This document shows, in pieces, positions 1 to 12,049 of a stretch of 64,000 nucleotides of DNA; positions within the stretch are counted from its first letter, which is position 1; each line of letters begins with the position of its first letter. A program made the position numbers and the translations under genes. The notes under the pieces were generated by a model. The model saw nothing but the letters and a program-made list of their open reading frames with translations. It was not told where the DNA came from and searched no databases. The stretch is from Octopus bimaculoides (Eukaryota), in assembly GCF_001194135.2 (NCBI RefSeq), contig NC_068997.1, forward strand, positions 18,578,356-18,642,355, read 5' to 3'.

Positions 1-48
1 AATAATAATGATAATGATAATAATAATGATAATAATAATGATAATAAA

Positions 49-83
<35 letters not shown>

Positions 84-129
84 TAATAATAATGATAATA
101 ATAATAATAATAATAATAACAATAATAAA

Positions 130-186
<57 letters not shown>

Positions 187-230
187 AATTGAATAATAGT
201 AATGACAACAATAACAACAGCAATAACGAC
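1..230. repeat. (AAT)n microsatellite with GAT/AAA/AAC interruptions, ending in (AAC)n
   Basis: Directly visible trinucleotide array; the poly-Ile ORF 8..196 is its translation. Confidence 0.97.
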
Positions 231-962
231 GAGAAAGAATAACCATACATGGAGAGTTTTGCAAAACTTTTATTATTCGACTGTCAAGTGAGCTTGTCTC
301 TAAGTTTTGCGCGTAAAAATAATGAGAATACTTAGCCTCAGGCGTCATTTAAAGTTTTCAGCTGTTTTCTTCTAACGATTTTTTTTTCTTTCATTTTCAC
401 AGTAAAGTCTAGATAATATTTAACATGCACAAGGTTAAACGAATTATAAGCTTTGTTGTTAGTATGCAGTACTTATATTAGATTATTGTCAGGAATCTAA
501 ATAAATTTAATAGAATAGATTTCATAATTTTCTGATTGTTGTGTTTTGTTTTTTGATATTTATTTGTTGTTTTTTTTTGTAGTTGTTTTTTTATAAATAT
601 TTCTTTTTATTATTGTTCCTTTCTCTATCTCCTCTTTGCTCTGCAAAACATGAAGTTTTAACACCATGCTACGGGTATCTTATTGAAATAATAATTTCTT
701 TGTCAAACCACTATTGCATTTTATATTTTGGCTCTTATTATTACTTATTTTCCTCATATTCAATATTTTTTATTAAATATATTGAATCAAAGAAGAATAT
801 TATTTACTATACACTCATATATACATACTTACATATTTATGTATTACATATATATATATACACATACCCAAACACATTTATACATAAGAGCACTAACGTG
901 TATATTCGTGCACATATATATAGCGATGACACATTTCTGCATGTATATATACATACATATTA

Positions 963-1004
<42 letters not shown>

Positions 1005-1431
1005 GTATGTATATATATGTATATATATAAATATATATGTACGTATGTGTATATATATATATATANNNNNNNNNNNNNNNNNNNNNNNNNNNNNNNNNNN
1101 NNNNNNNNNNNNNNNNNNNNNNNNNNNNNNNNNNNNNNNNNNNNNNNNNNNNNNNNNNNNNNNNNNNNNNNNNNNNNNNNNNNNNNNNNNNNNNNNNNNN
1201 NNNNNNNNNNNNNNNNNNNNNNNNNNNNNNNNNNNNNNNNNNNNNNNNNNNNNNNNNNNNNNNNNNNNNNNNNNNNNNNNNNNNNNNNNNNNNNNNNNNN
1301 NNNNNNNNNNNNNNNNNNNNNNNNNNNNNNNNNNNNNNNNNNNNNNNNNNNNNNNNNNNNNNNNNNNNNNNNNNNNNNNNNNNNNNNNNNNNNNNNNNNN
1401 NNNNNNNNNNNNNNNNNTATATAATCTTCCT

Positions 1432-1640
1432 TGTTTTATTCTTTTACTTGTTTCAGTCATTTGACTGCGGCCATGCTGGAGCACCGCCTTTAGTCGAACA
1501 AATCGACCCCAGGAATTATTCTTTGTAAGCCTAGTACTTATTCTATCGGACTCTTTTTGCTGAACCGCTAAGTTACGGGGACGTAAACGCACCAGCATCG
1601 GTTGTCAAGCGATGATAGGGGACAAACACAGACACACACA
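1432..1640 (-). mobile_element. 3' half of an octopus-type tRNA SINE (family S2, OR2-like)
   Basis: Reverse strand reads gtgtttgtcccc...cttgacaaccgatgctggtgcgtttacgtccccgtaacttagcggttc...aaaggcggtgctccagcatggccgcagtcaaatgactgaaacaag. A decayed copy of the same segment is at 21055-21245. Family name from recall. Confidence 0.8.
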
Positions 1641-1844
1641 CATATACATACATATATACATATATGGATAAATGCTTGCATTCATATATACTTACAAATA
1701 CACATACATGCACAAATACATACATGCATATATTCGTACATGTATATATACATACTTACATGCATGCATACATATATACACACTTGCATACATATGTTTA
1801 TCCAACCATACATGTATACATACATACATATATTTCAGTATATA

Positions 1845-2042
1845 TGAACATATCTAGACATGCAATTATATACATCTTAATACACATATAAAACGAAACA
1901 TACAAATCCGTACATAAATATATATACATACAAAAATGCCCTGTTGATGTTGTTGGAATTCCAATGAAGGAGCCTTGGATCTAGGTTAGAAACCGGGTCT
2001 TTCTCTATTCGCAAGAAATCTTGAGATTAAACTGAATAATAG
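1845..2042 (+). mobile_element. 3' UTR of a Dong/R4-like RLE LINE (family C)
   Basis: Homologous (opposite strand) to 18078-18370: tatctagacatgca...aaaaatgccctgttgatgttgttggaattccaatgaaggagccttggatctaggttagaaaccgg...aaactgaataat. At 18 kb this segment directly follows the end of the RLE ORF. Confidence 0.75.
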
Positions 2043-3189
2043 CATCCGTACATACATTCATACATATACATACTTAGAAACGATCGAAGTCACAAGCTTC
2101 ATTTTTGGCGCATGCGAAGACTATTCTCGAAAATACGACTAATACTGTTTCCGACATGGAAGCAAAAATTATTAACCCTTTAAAAGAACTGGTAAATCAT
2201 CAGATCAAACGACTACGGAAGGAGTCTTTTAACGAAGATCATAGTGATTTTCAGCTGAAACCTGAATTTTCCATGCACAAGCTGGATGCGAAACCACAGT
2301 GACACAGCTGAAGGGAAACATAATACCTACAGGCATACAGTGTCTTGGTAACAGATAGCCAGTACAAGAGCAGCCAGTCGAAAACTCCCCATACTAGATA
2401 CTAGAAGGCTTCATGGATCACCAGGAGAGAATGTGCACTGTTCTGAGGCCCTCCCGAAACAGTTCGTATTCTCCTGCATACATATAAACATTTATATGAA
2501 TAGCTTCAATATTCATCCACAATACAATGAGGAATGTTACATATACGCAGGAATTAAGATTAATATATCGTATTATTTCACTTGTAGCAAAGAAAGCGTA
2601 ACCAGAGTAATTTACAGCTGAACATAATAAATATGGTCCTTAAAGATACAATTTCATAAGGGGTACAATAGTTTTGGTGTAGCAGCAATATTTGGGTTAT
2701 TCATTTAGACGTTAAATGAGATTTGGTCTATCGATATTAATTCTTTAAATCTGCTATCAATCACTAGACATTTCTCCATTAATAGATTTTACTGGTTGTC
2801 TCTTTCTAGAATGAACACGCGGAGACAGTAGCTCAACCTTGTTTGCAGCAGCTTTTGAATGTCGCGTCATATTCCTCCTTCGAAAGCGGTGTCGAAATGG
2901 ATTCATGGTTCAAATCTCCTTATCGAAGAACGCCCCATTCGATATATAAAGGATCTACCCGAAAAGTACTTCATTATTGGAGACAAGCGACATACACTCA
3001 TACACATCAGATGAAAGGCCTTCAAGCAATAAGGCTAAAGTTTCCATAAGCTATATTCTCATTAAACGTAAGCTGAGTGGTAACGTATATAACGAAAGTA
3101 TGCTCTCTTCTACTGACAACCGTTATATAAGCTCTTACTTTGAAGAAAACAAACGTTATATTAAATTCCACTTTGAAAGAATATATTAG

Positions 3190-3790
3190 CTCTCACAAAT
3201 ACAATCTTGGAACAAGAGATAAAAAATACCTGATGCATACAGAAGATATGGCTGTCTGTGCAGAGTCCGTGGAATTAACGTTGAAAATGTGAGACACAAC
3301 ATAAGCACCGTTCCTAACTTGACATCTCGATTAGGTATGATGTAATAGTCAAAGAGTTTTGTAGAAAGATCAAAATATAAGAAGATGCAGTGATGTAGAA
3401 GCATATAGCAGTAGAATGCTCTTGGCAAAACACCAAATTAAAATACTGGAGCCACACAACAGATAAAATATTTGGTGAAAGAAAAAGAAATTTTACATTG
3501 TAGAGATATGTTATCCATCAGACGGTAACATATATGTGCATGCAGATATATGAAAGATAAGAGAAATTTTTAATATCCATACAGGGTTAATGAGGGACCT
3601 ATCTATGTGGCCAGTATTATAACTTAATATATTTATATTGTGTTTATTGAGGTTGTGCATTATGTGAGAGATTCAACAACAATCTTGAGATGCTTGGCTT
3701 CTCAGCAATCGGTGAAAGACCCAAAAGGAAATTACTTTTACACTTCATTAATGGAACTGTGAAAAGATGCAAAACATTCAGGCAAGTTAG
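3190..3790 (+). mobile_element. Decayed C-terminal ORF fragment of a Dong/R4-like RLE LINE (related to family C)
   Basis: Frameshifted translation gives EQEI..KYLMH, a decayed zinc-knuckle region, HNR*NIW*KKKKFYIVEICYPSDGNI (RLE 'PD' region) and GTVKRCKTF, colinear with the copy at 18370-19060. Confidence 0.65.
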
Positions 3791-4134
3791 CATGCAGTAT
3801 GTCTATGGATGTATTTATAGCAGATAGAAAGAATTTACATAGTCACACGCAACAAATGTCCATAGACACACAAACACTTTCAAATGTGCACACACTAACT
3901 CACTCATCTATCTACAATTAAATGGACCTTCATACAAACCTATGTGTGCGAATCGAACGTTGGCTTTTCGAGTGAACATTTCCGATGTGCCAACTTTGAA
4001 AGGCAGACTACAAAAATATATATATATATGTGTGTGTGTGTATGTGCACGTATAATTACAAACGTATACAAATACACGTACACACACACACACACACACA
4101 CACATACATACATACTTATATGTATATATACATG

Positions 4135-4186
<52 letters not shown>

Positions 4187-4603
4187 TATGAAAGAAGGTT
4201 TGAAAATGCACTTATTTTTTAAAAATACTGATTATCACACATTCTCTGATATTAAAATGAAAATGTTAAAAACAGTGTATGAAAATACACATGGAAAAAT
4301 ACATATACATATTCTTATACATATTCTTTGACAATCGAATAAAGTTGATTAGGAACTGACCTGGCTTTTTTCTCTTGTGTATATTGAGGGAATGTTTTAT
4401 GCATATATACTTATAGATATGAATATATGTATATGCATATATATATATGTGTCTTAGAAAGTAACTATGAATTAGGACTAATGCAAAACTTAGAAATATG
4501 GAGTATTTATTGATCTTCGGAATTGGGAGAACGGAAAAGTTGGGTATGTGCATAAGTTTGTTAGGTTTGTATTTATGGGGGTACATTTCTGGATAAGCAT
4601 GTT

Positions 4604-4731
4604 ATAAATCTAAACATGTTTCTTATTCAAATAGCCGATAGACTTAAAGCAGCATATGGTATATCTCTACATCTATGCTTACCTCATTCTTTCTCTCACT
4701 CTCGATATGCAATGTATACACATATTACATG

Positions 4732-4770
<39 letters not shown>

Positions 4771-4780
4771 NNNNNNNNNN

Positions 4781-4828
<48 letters not shown>

Positions 4829-5270
4829 TTATATACTTATATATATATACATATATTTTATATATTGACACCTATATGTATACTGTTATTTGTGTATCTG
4901 TGTGTATACATGTCAATGCGTTTATGCTTATATATACATACATACCTATATATCTATATATATACGTGCGTGCGCGTGTGTGTGTACATATGGATAAATG
5001 GATTGATGCATGGTTATTCGTATGCATGTTTGCATATGTGTCGCTACATATATATATATACACATTCATTTCATTTCTGCTTAGTTCCAGTCCTGTCCCC
5101 CGTAAAATGATTGATTAGAGGCGAAATAATATATTACCAATTCAAAATTTACCAATATTTTCCTTTCTTATACGTTTCTTATACTTAGCATTTTTTTGTT
5201 TCTCTAGTTTTCTATTGAGGGATTTCGCTCCCGCCCCAAACACATTTTTTTTCTTAATCTGTTCCTACAG
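4604..5270 (+). repeat. Copy 1 of a diverged local duplication/repeat (partner 8985-9860)
   Basis: Shared ataaatctaaacatgtttc (4604 and 8985) and a ~170-bp block containing gtcccc(c)cgt(a/c)aaatgattgatta...aataatatatta(c/a)caattcaaaat (about 5075-5270 vs 9680-9860). Confidence 0.75.
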
Positions 5271-5421
5271 ACAGAATTTTACACATTTTTAGTGTCAGGG
5301 TGATACACATTGCAGAAAGCATAACAAACAAATGCAAATAGAATTACTTATATATATATATATATGTGTGTGTGTTATATACGTGTAGGCGCGCGCGTTG
5401 CTTGTTTACATATGTGTGCTG

Positions 5422-5453
<32 letters not shown>

Positions 5454-5483
5454 ACATATACATATGTATGTGTATATTTATGC

Positions 5484-5556
<73 letters not shown>

Positions 5557-6039
5557 CTTATGTTCTCGCATGCATACTTATATACATGCATAAATGTATA
5601 TATGTACCTATATGTGTGTGTATATAGTGCGAAACTGATTGGTATTACCATCCATAATGGATATATAATACTGTACACTTCGATTTATATATGTATGCAT
5701 ATATATATATAAAGAAAGGGGGAGAAAGAGAGAAAGAGAGAAAGAGAATGGATAATATGAAATATATGTTGGGTGTTACTAATGTGGAATATGGTGATAT
5801 GATGGTTATATGGGGATGAGCTCCGAAGGATATAACTTCTTTAAACATCAAGCTAAATTTTTAAATATCTAAGCTGATAAAAAATTTTTAAAAAACTATG
5901 CTATTCGTAGCTTAAAAGCGAAGAGTGAAATAGTTCAGACTATACAATTATTCCTTTTAAATAAAGATTATCCGTATGGAGGCATTCAATAAATGTATTT
6001 ATTGTAAAATTTTGTTGACCTGTTATTTTATTAACGTAT

Positions 6040-6180
6040 TCGATAACCAGGCGCTATGCACCTTTCCATAACTCAGCAAGTATTCATCCCTTGCTATATG
6101 GTCGGAATTAATCGATGATCTTCGCGTTCAGTTTCACACCCATAGCATGCTTTTACAAAGAATACATTTGCTTGAACAGT
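6040..6180 (-). mobile_element. Possible decayed RTE-type RT C-terminal fragment
   Basis: Minus-strand translation NVFFVKACYGCETE...VMER resembles the YGCETW...MER segment of RTE RTs; short and interrupted. Confidence 0.3.
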
Positions 6181-7382
6181 ATTGCTTTAAGCATTTATTT
6201 TTTATTGACAATAGAAGAAAAGGTGGTTAATTAACGTTGCTTTAGTTTACCTTCCACTAATTACGGGGAACTTTTTACACTCTACATTTTGATATGCTCA
6301 CTAAGAAATCAGCTACAATAAATATTGGCAAATACAGAGATGATAAGTAAGCTAGATCAGAATACTTCAACGACGTTATTATATCATACGTTTATGACAT
6401 AGGTAAACACGTTCTAATATTTCAATCAAAATTAATTAACTTCTCCAAATCAAATAATATATTGAAACAATATTAAAAAGCTAACGTTTCTTCTCTAACC
6501 ATCCTCTTCCCTCTACTCACTACAAAAAGTAGCACAACGTAATATCATCTTCAAGTCAAATCTTACCTGGTTTCACAAAGATACATTTAATTTAAGAGAA
6601 TTCCCTTACGGAGCGCTGTTACGAAAAGAATTCCACTTAAACAGCATTAAACTGCAGGTGCAAAGTACTAGTGTATGCCCGCTAGATATATTATTATATA
6701 TTAAGAGAAATAAGTATATGCAAAATTCCCCTACAGCAAGCATCACGTTGGCATGATGGATGTAAATGTAAACAACGATAATATAACGATATATTTTCTT
6801 CAGAAATAATACACACGAAGAGCAAAAAAAAAACTGCCCAATAATATGTGACGATTGAAAGACCATGCTCCGCATTTCCTTATCAAGAGAAAGACACAAG
6901 AGAGGCGGATTGTCTTTAACTGAGAAGTGCCTAATACTCAAACCCAAATATAAATCAATCTGTAAAGTATCGGAATATTTTATCAGAGATACTCATAAAA
7001 TATCGACATTTCGTGAATAACTAATGAAAAGCAGAAGACTGAAAAACTGATTAGTTAAACCAATACTTAACTAGATAATTTTATACAGAGCTATCCAATA
7101 AATAGAGTTGCATTCTATTCTCATTTCAGACTTAAAACTTCCACTTCCCATAATAAACATGCAATTTGAATTAAATATTTATAATGAACCAGTAAACTGA
7201 ACCTAACAGTAATAATATATAATAAATTATTGCACTAGCGTCATGTGTGGACCAGAATTCAATGCAAAAAGATACTCCACATCTATGTTTCCATTGAGAT
7301 TGTTTATGTGTCCACTGAGATTGTTTAGCATTAGCTAGTTATGAATCTTGAAGCCGCCCCAAACATACTATGATTTACGTAT

Positions 7383-8232
7383 AGATAACTTTCTCTATTA
7401 GCCACACAAGGATCGACACAGAGGGGATTATACAATTGTAGAGTTTTTTTCGAAGGGGGGAAAAAAGGCAACGATCAAAAGGGATCGAAAAGTCGAAATA
7501 GTGCAAAAAACTGAGGTTTATCCTTGGAAAGAAAATCCTACGAAATGACTTGGTAACCTTGGACAATGTAATACAAGAATACATTAGAGTAAAGTACTCT
7601 CATTTCTTTCTCTTTTATTCATAGGATTATGCTCAAGCTGGCTCCGTCATTCACACGTGCCATCTTTGCTACATTCACCCATCTTTTCGTGAAACATTCA
7701 TTAGACAAAACTTCCCTCTGTACTCTCACCTTCCTTTTCAAGTGATATTTGAAAAAGTTGAGTGATTGACCAGAGAGGAAAGTATTTGTTTCTGGGCCTT
7801 TCAAACGCGTCCACCATAGACATTGTTTCTCTATAGCCACTAGCACAATGAAAATAGCTCTTTCTTCCCGTTTGAAGGAAGGAGGTGGGGCAATATTAAC
7901 GATAGACTCGGCCGATAAACCAACTCGTCGCACACGTGACAACAGTTCGACGTAAGCCCAGAAGTCAGAAATGGTTTGACACTGCACAAGTGCGTGCAGA
8001 ACGGTTTCGTCGCTCTGACCGCATCTCGGGCTGGTCGGCCTGGTGTTTCTAGAGCCATGCATGTAGAGATTATTTCGAATGGGTAGAGCTTTTCGATAGC
8101 ACTGCCAGGCCAGGGATCTCTGGAAGATATCCATAGGTCCCGGCCCAAAGGTTGTCCTGAACAGGTGGATCAGGTATTCCTCGTCAATGCCTAGGTCTTC
8201 CCCAAGATCATCGTCATACCACCCCTCCATTA
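7383..8232 (-). mobile_element. 5'-truncated Tx1/L1-clade LINE 3' end (zf-RVT region plus 3' UTR)
   Basis: ORF 7619..8230 (203 aa) contains SLAWQCYRKALP, SPRCGQSDETVLHALVQC...W (zf-RVT-like CxxC...H...C) and CLWWTR...FFKYHLKRKVRV, typical of the Tx1 ORF2 C-terminus. A ~235-bp UTR follows. Confidence 0.8.
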
Positions 8233-8284
8233 ATCATCTATAGAATGCTTTTGTGGTATTGCAGTTGTGCAAGTTCGATCCGGT

Positions 8285-8291
8285 TTACGTG

Positions 8292-8323
<32 letters not shown>

Positions 8324-8606
8324 TAGAGAGAGCAAGTGAAAAAAATACAGAGCAAGTGATAAAGATACAGAGCAAGTGAGAGAAAAAGAAACAGAGCAAG
8401 TGAGAGAGAGAGACCAAATGAGAGAGAGACCAAGTGAAAGAGAGAGCAAATAAGAGAGAAAGAGCAAGTGAGTGAGAGAGAGAGAGCAAGTGAGTGAGAG
8501 AGAGAGAGCAAGTGAGTAAGAGAGAGAGAGCATGTGAGTGAGATAGAGAGTGCAAGTGAATGAGAGAGAGAGCAAGTGAATGAGAGAGAGAGAGAGAGAG
8601 AGAGAT
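8285..8606. repeat. (GACA)n followed by a purine-rich minisatellite with core gagcaagtga and (GA)n spacers
   Basis: About 12 recurrences of gagcaagtga-like cores are visible. Confidence 0.9.
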
Positions 8607-8984
8607 GTAAATATAAGTATTGATTTAGAGACATATAGATAGTGAGATATGGATTGTGTTTATATAATCACACACTTTTATATATGTGTGTGTCTGTATG
8701 TGTGTATGTGTGTGTATGTGTGCGGATATATATACATAGATATATAAACATATATGTATAGAAAACACATTTATATCTATATTTATGTATAATTGTATAT
8801 ATGTATATATATTAATAAGTACGTGTATGTGTGTGTGCCAGTTAGTATATAATCTTGTGTATATATCTACAGATATCCACATATATGTATGCATACAGTG
8901 AGATTAATAGAAAGCCAGAAATATAATGTGTTGGGCATATTGAAAAAAAAAGCAATTAATGCCCCCTCTGTGTATAACTATGTC

Positions 8985-9110
8985 ATAAATCTAAACATGT
9001 TTCATCCAAATATTCCGTAGATTTAGTGGGGCACATGTGTTATATATCTCTACTTCACTCTTTTGTCTATTCCACTTTATCTGTCCCTCTCTCTGTCTCT
9101 CACTCTCTCC

Positions 9111-9178
<68 letters not shown>

Positions 9179-9548
9179 NNNNNNNNNNNNNNNNNNNNNN
9201 NNNNNNNNNNNNNNNNNNNNNNNNNNNNNNNNNNNNNNNNNNNNNNNNNNNNNNNNNNNNNNNNNNNNNNNNNNNNNNNNNNNNNNNNNNNNNNNNNNNN
9301 NNNNNNNNNNNNNNNNNNNNNNNNNNNNNNNNNNNNNNNNNNNNNNNNNNNNNNNNNNNNNNNNNNNNNNNNNNNNNNNNNNNNNNNNNNNNNNNNNNNN
9401 NNNNNNNNNNNNNNNNNNNNNNNNNNNNNNNNNNNNNNNNNNNNNNNNNNNNNNNNNNNNNNNNNNNNNNNNNNNNNNNNNNNNNNNNNNNNNNNNNNNN
9501 NNNNNNNNNNNNNNNNNNNNNNNNNNNNNNNNNNNNNNNNNNNNNNAT

Positions 9549-9580
<32 letters not shown>

Positions 9581-9860
9581 ATATAAATATATATATGTAT
9601 ATATATATATATATATATAGTAATATATATATACACGCACATACACACTTACATACACGTACATGCTTATACATACATGTCATTTCTGTTTATTTCTAGT
9701 CCCGTCCCCCCGTCAAATGATTGATTACAGGAGAAATAATATATTAACAATTCAAAATGTACCAATATTTCACTTTCTTATACGTTTATGCCATTGTTTT
9801 TCTACATCTACTTCAGCAATTTTGTGCTCACGCCGCCTTCTGGTTTTTCTTTAATCTGTG
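8985..9860 (+). repeat. Copy 2 of the diverged local duplication/repeat (partner 4604-5270)
   Basis: Same two anchor blocks in the same order and strand, separated by microsatellites and an N-gap. Confidence 0.75.
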
Positions 9861-10142
9861 TGTGTGTGGACAAAACATTCATCCCAAAATACTGAATCAT
9901 ACAGAACATGGAGACACACATGCGCGGAGAACTTCCTTCTTAAATTTATGTCAGTCTAAATATGTATATAGCTGTCTGTGCATATATATATATATATATA
10001 AACACACACGCACACACACACGTCCTTTTAAGAACGTATAAAAAGACGTTAAAAAAGCAGCGAGAAGCAGTATGATTCAAAGCTGGGAGAAGCGAAACGA
10101 CCCCAAATGTGAATGAGAATGTCAGATACTTGTATTTCTCAG

Positions 10143-10259
10143 CATTTTGCTGTGTATAAAGACTGCGCTCTGGCCTTCTTTCAAAATGAAGTAGAAACCG
10201 CCAGCTTGAAGTATATAATGGATTGGATTAAATTGCCCGTGGTCAGTCCACTACAAGAC
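10143..10259 (+). CDS. Candidate internal coding exon of an unidentified gene: HFAVYKDCALAFFQNEVETASLKYIMDWIKLPVVSPLQD
   Basis: Acceptor tacttgtatttctcAG (10141-2) and donor GTaaga (10260). Length is 117 nt and the only open frame starts exactly at the acceptor (phase 0-0). Composition is non-repetitive. No protein family recognised. Confidence 0.35.
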
Positions 10260-10427
10260 GTAAGACTCAGCATTTTTTTCCCACCAGAGAATGGCTTGAT
10301 GTCATACTAGTTCATTTATTCCTGAACGTCAAACAAATACACCTTGTTCGTTGTTCCCTCATCTGTCACCGTCTTCTTTTTCTTGTTTTCTATATAACTT
10401 TAAACCATGTATATATATATATATATA

Positions 10428-10720
10428 TATATGGGTACAGAACGTCACCATCAGTAAACAACATGAAATATGAAAACAAATGAGTTCAATACGCAAACAA
10501 CGAGAGAAACAAATGGAAAATAGAACAAGTAACATAAAGAACAACCTTTCATCAGTTGTCAGCTGTCTATCTACTCCTCAGACGGACCACAACTGATGAA
10601 GTGTCGTTCTTTATGTTACTTGTCCTGTTTTCCATTTGTTTCTCTCGTTGTTTCCGTATTGAACGTATTTGTTTTCGTATTTCATGTTGTTTGCTGTTGG
10701 TGACGTCCTATACCCATATA
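10428..10720. mobile_element. 293-bp palindromic element (MITE-like or Penelope terminal-repeat inversion)
   Basis: Arms 10428-10559 and 10589-10720 are 132 bp each with 13 mismatches, no indels and a 29-nt loop; flanked by TA repeats. Confidence 0.85.
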
Positions 10721-10738
10721 TGCATATGTGTGCGTATA

Positions 10739-10781
<43 letters not shown>

Positions 10782-10830
10782 TGATTGAACGCCATACATC
10801 CATTTCCAAGTGAGTATAAATATATGTATG

Positions 10831-10923
<93 letters not shown>

Positions 10924-11022
10924 CATATGTATATATATATATGTGTATGCGTGTGTGTGTGTGTGTGTATACATATCTGTATGCATATGTGCGTATTTGT
11001 GTGTGTCTGCTTGTGTGCATGC

Positions 11023-11060
<38 letters not shown>

Positions 11061-11460
11061 GTGATTATCGGTGGGATTATGTATGTGTGTTTGTGCGTAT
11101 GTTTATTACACTAAAATTGATAGACATCTTTAATTTCACGCTATTTATGACTCGTGTAGAATAAATTGTTAGAAGTTAAAATTTTAGCAATTTGTGTGTT
11201 GTGCAAGCATGGATCATTTTCAGATGGATGGCAGTAACTACCTTTGAAAATAAATTTAAAGATATTAGAATTGTAATAGAGACTTATCGTTAAGTTCTGT
11301 GTTATAATGTCTCCTGACAAGCTACTCATCTTCTCATTATCAATGGATTAATTTCATTTATAGAGGAAGGATAAATGTATCCATGTGCTATATCGTATCT
11401 TTGCACTTTTCATAACTCTTACACTACGACTTACATATATACAGGTAGATAGGTCGATCT

Positions 11461-11463
11461 ATC

Positions 11464-11547
<84 letters not shown>

Positions 11548-11551
11548 AGGA

Positions 11552-11603
<52 letters not shown>

Positions 11604-11798
11604 GATTATTTGATAATAAAAGTTTAACTCAGCTTGTGAAACCTGGCTCAATGCGAACTCGGTTCTATGCATCTTAACATTTCGAAGGCTTTCCTCAGGT
11701 CTATAGAGACCGAATTAGAAAGATGCAAGATGGCGTCTGCTAATTGATATGCATTCATAGATAGATAATTTGATAGGCCAATATTCAGGCAGACAGAC

Positions 11799-11868
<70 letters not shown>

Positions 11869-11870
11869 GC
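11461..11870. repeat. (AG)n/(AAAG)n and (GACA)n/(GATA)n microsatellites flanking a short unique spacer
   Basis: Directly visible. Confidence 0.95.
11640..11760 (-). mobile_element. Possible non-LTR RT remnant
   Basis: Minus-strand DAILHL...[11 protein letters not shown] resembles the RT motif FIDLxKAFD; very short. Confidence 0.35.
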
Positions 11871-11999
11871 AAGTAGATGTCATGGATTGTAGATATATAG
11901 TGGGAGAAATATAACTAGAATTGAGTGGAAGTACGTTTAATTATTTGTGGGAGTTACATTTTGATTCAGATAGAGTAAGCAGTTATAAACATAACTTTG

Positions 12000-12045
<46 letters not shown>

Positions 12046-12049
<4 letters not shown>

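Noticed and set aside
583-963. 126-aa ORF with a signal-peptide-like start
   Set aside because: Starts at TTG in T-rich low-complexity sequence and runs into TA/CA repeats; no domain.
2105-2302. 65-aa ORF with natural-looking composition (AHAKTILENTT...)
   Set aside because: No splice signals or recognisable motif; lies between two LINE fragments and is probably decayed TE sequence.
8330-8600. gagcaagtga units with variable spacers, superficially CRISPR-like
   Set aside because: Spacers are just (GA)n slippage variants, the unit is 10 bp, the context is eukaryotic and there are no cas genes.
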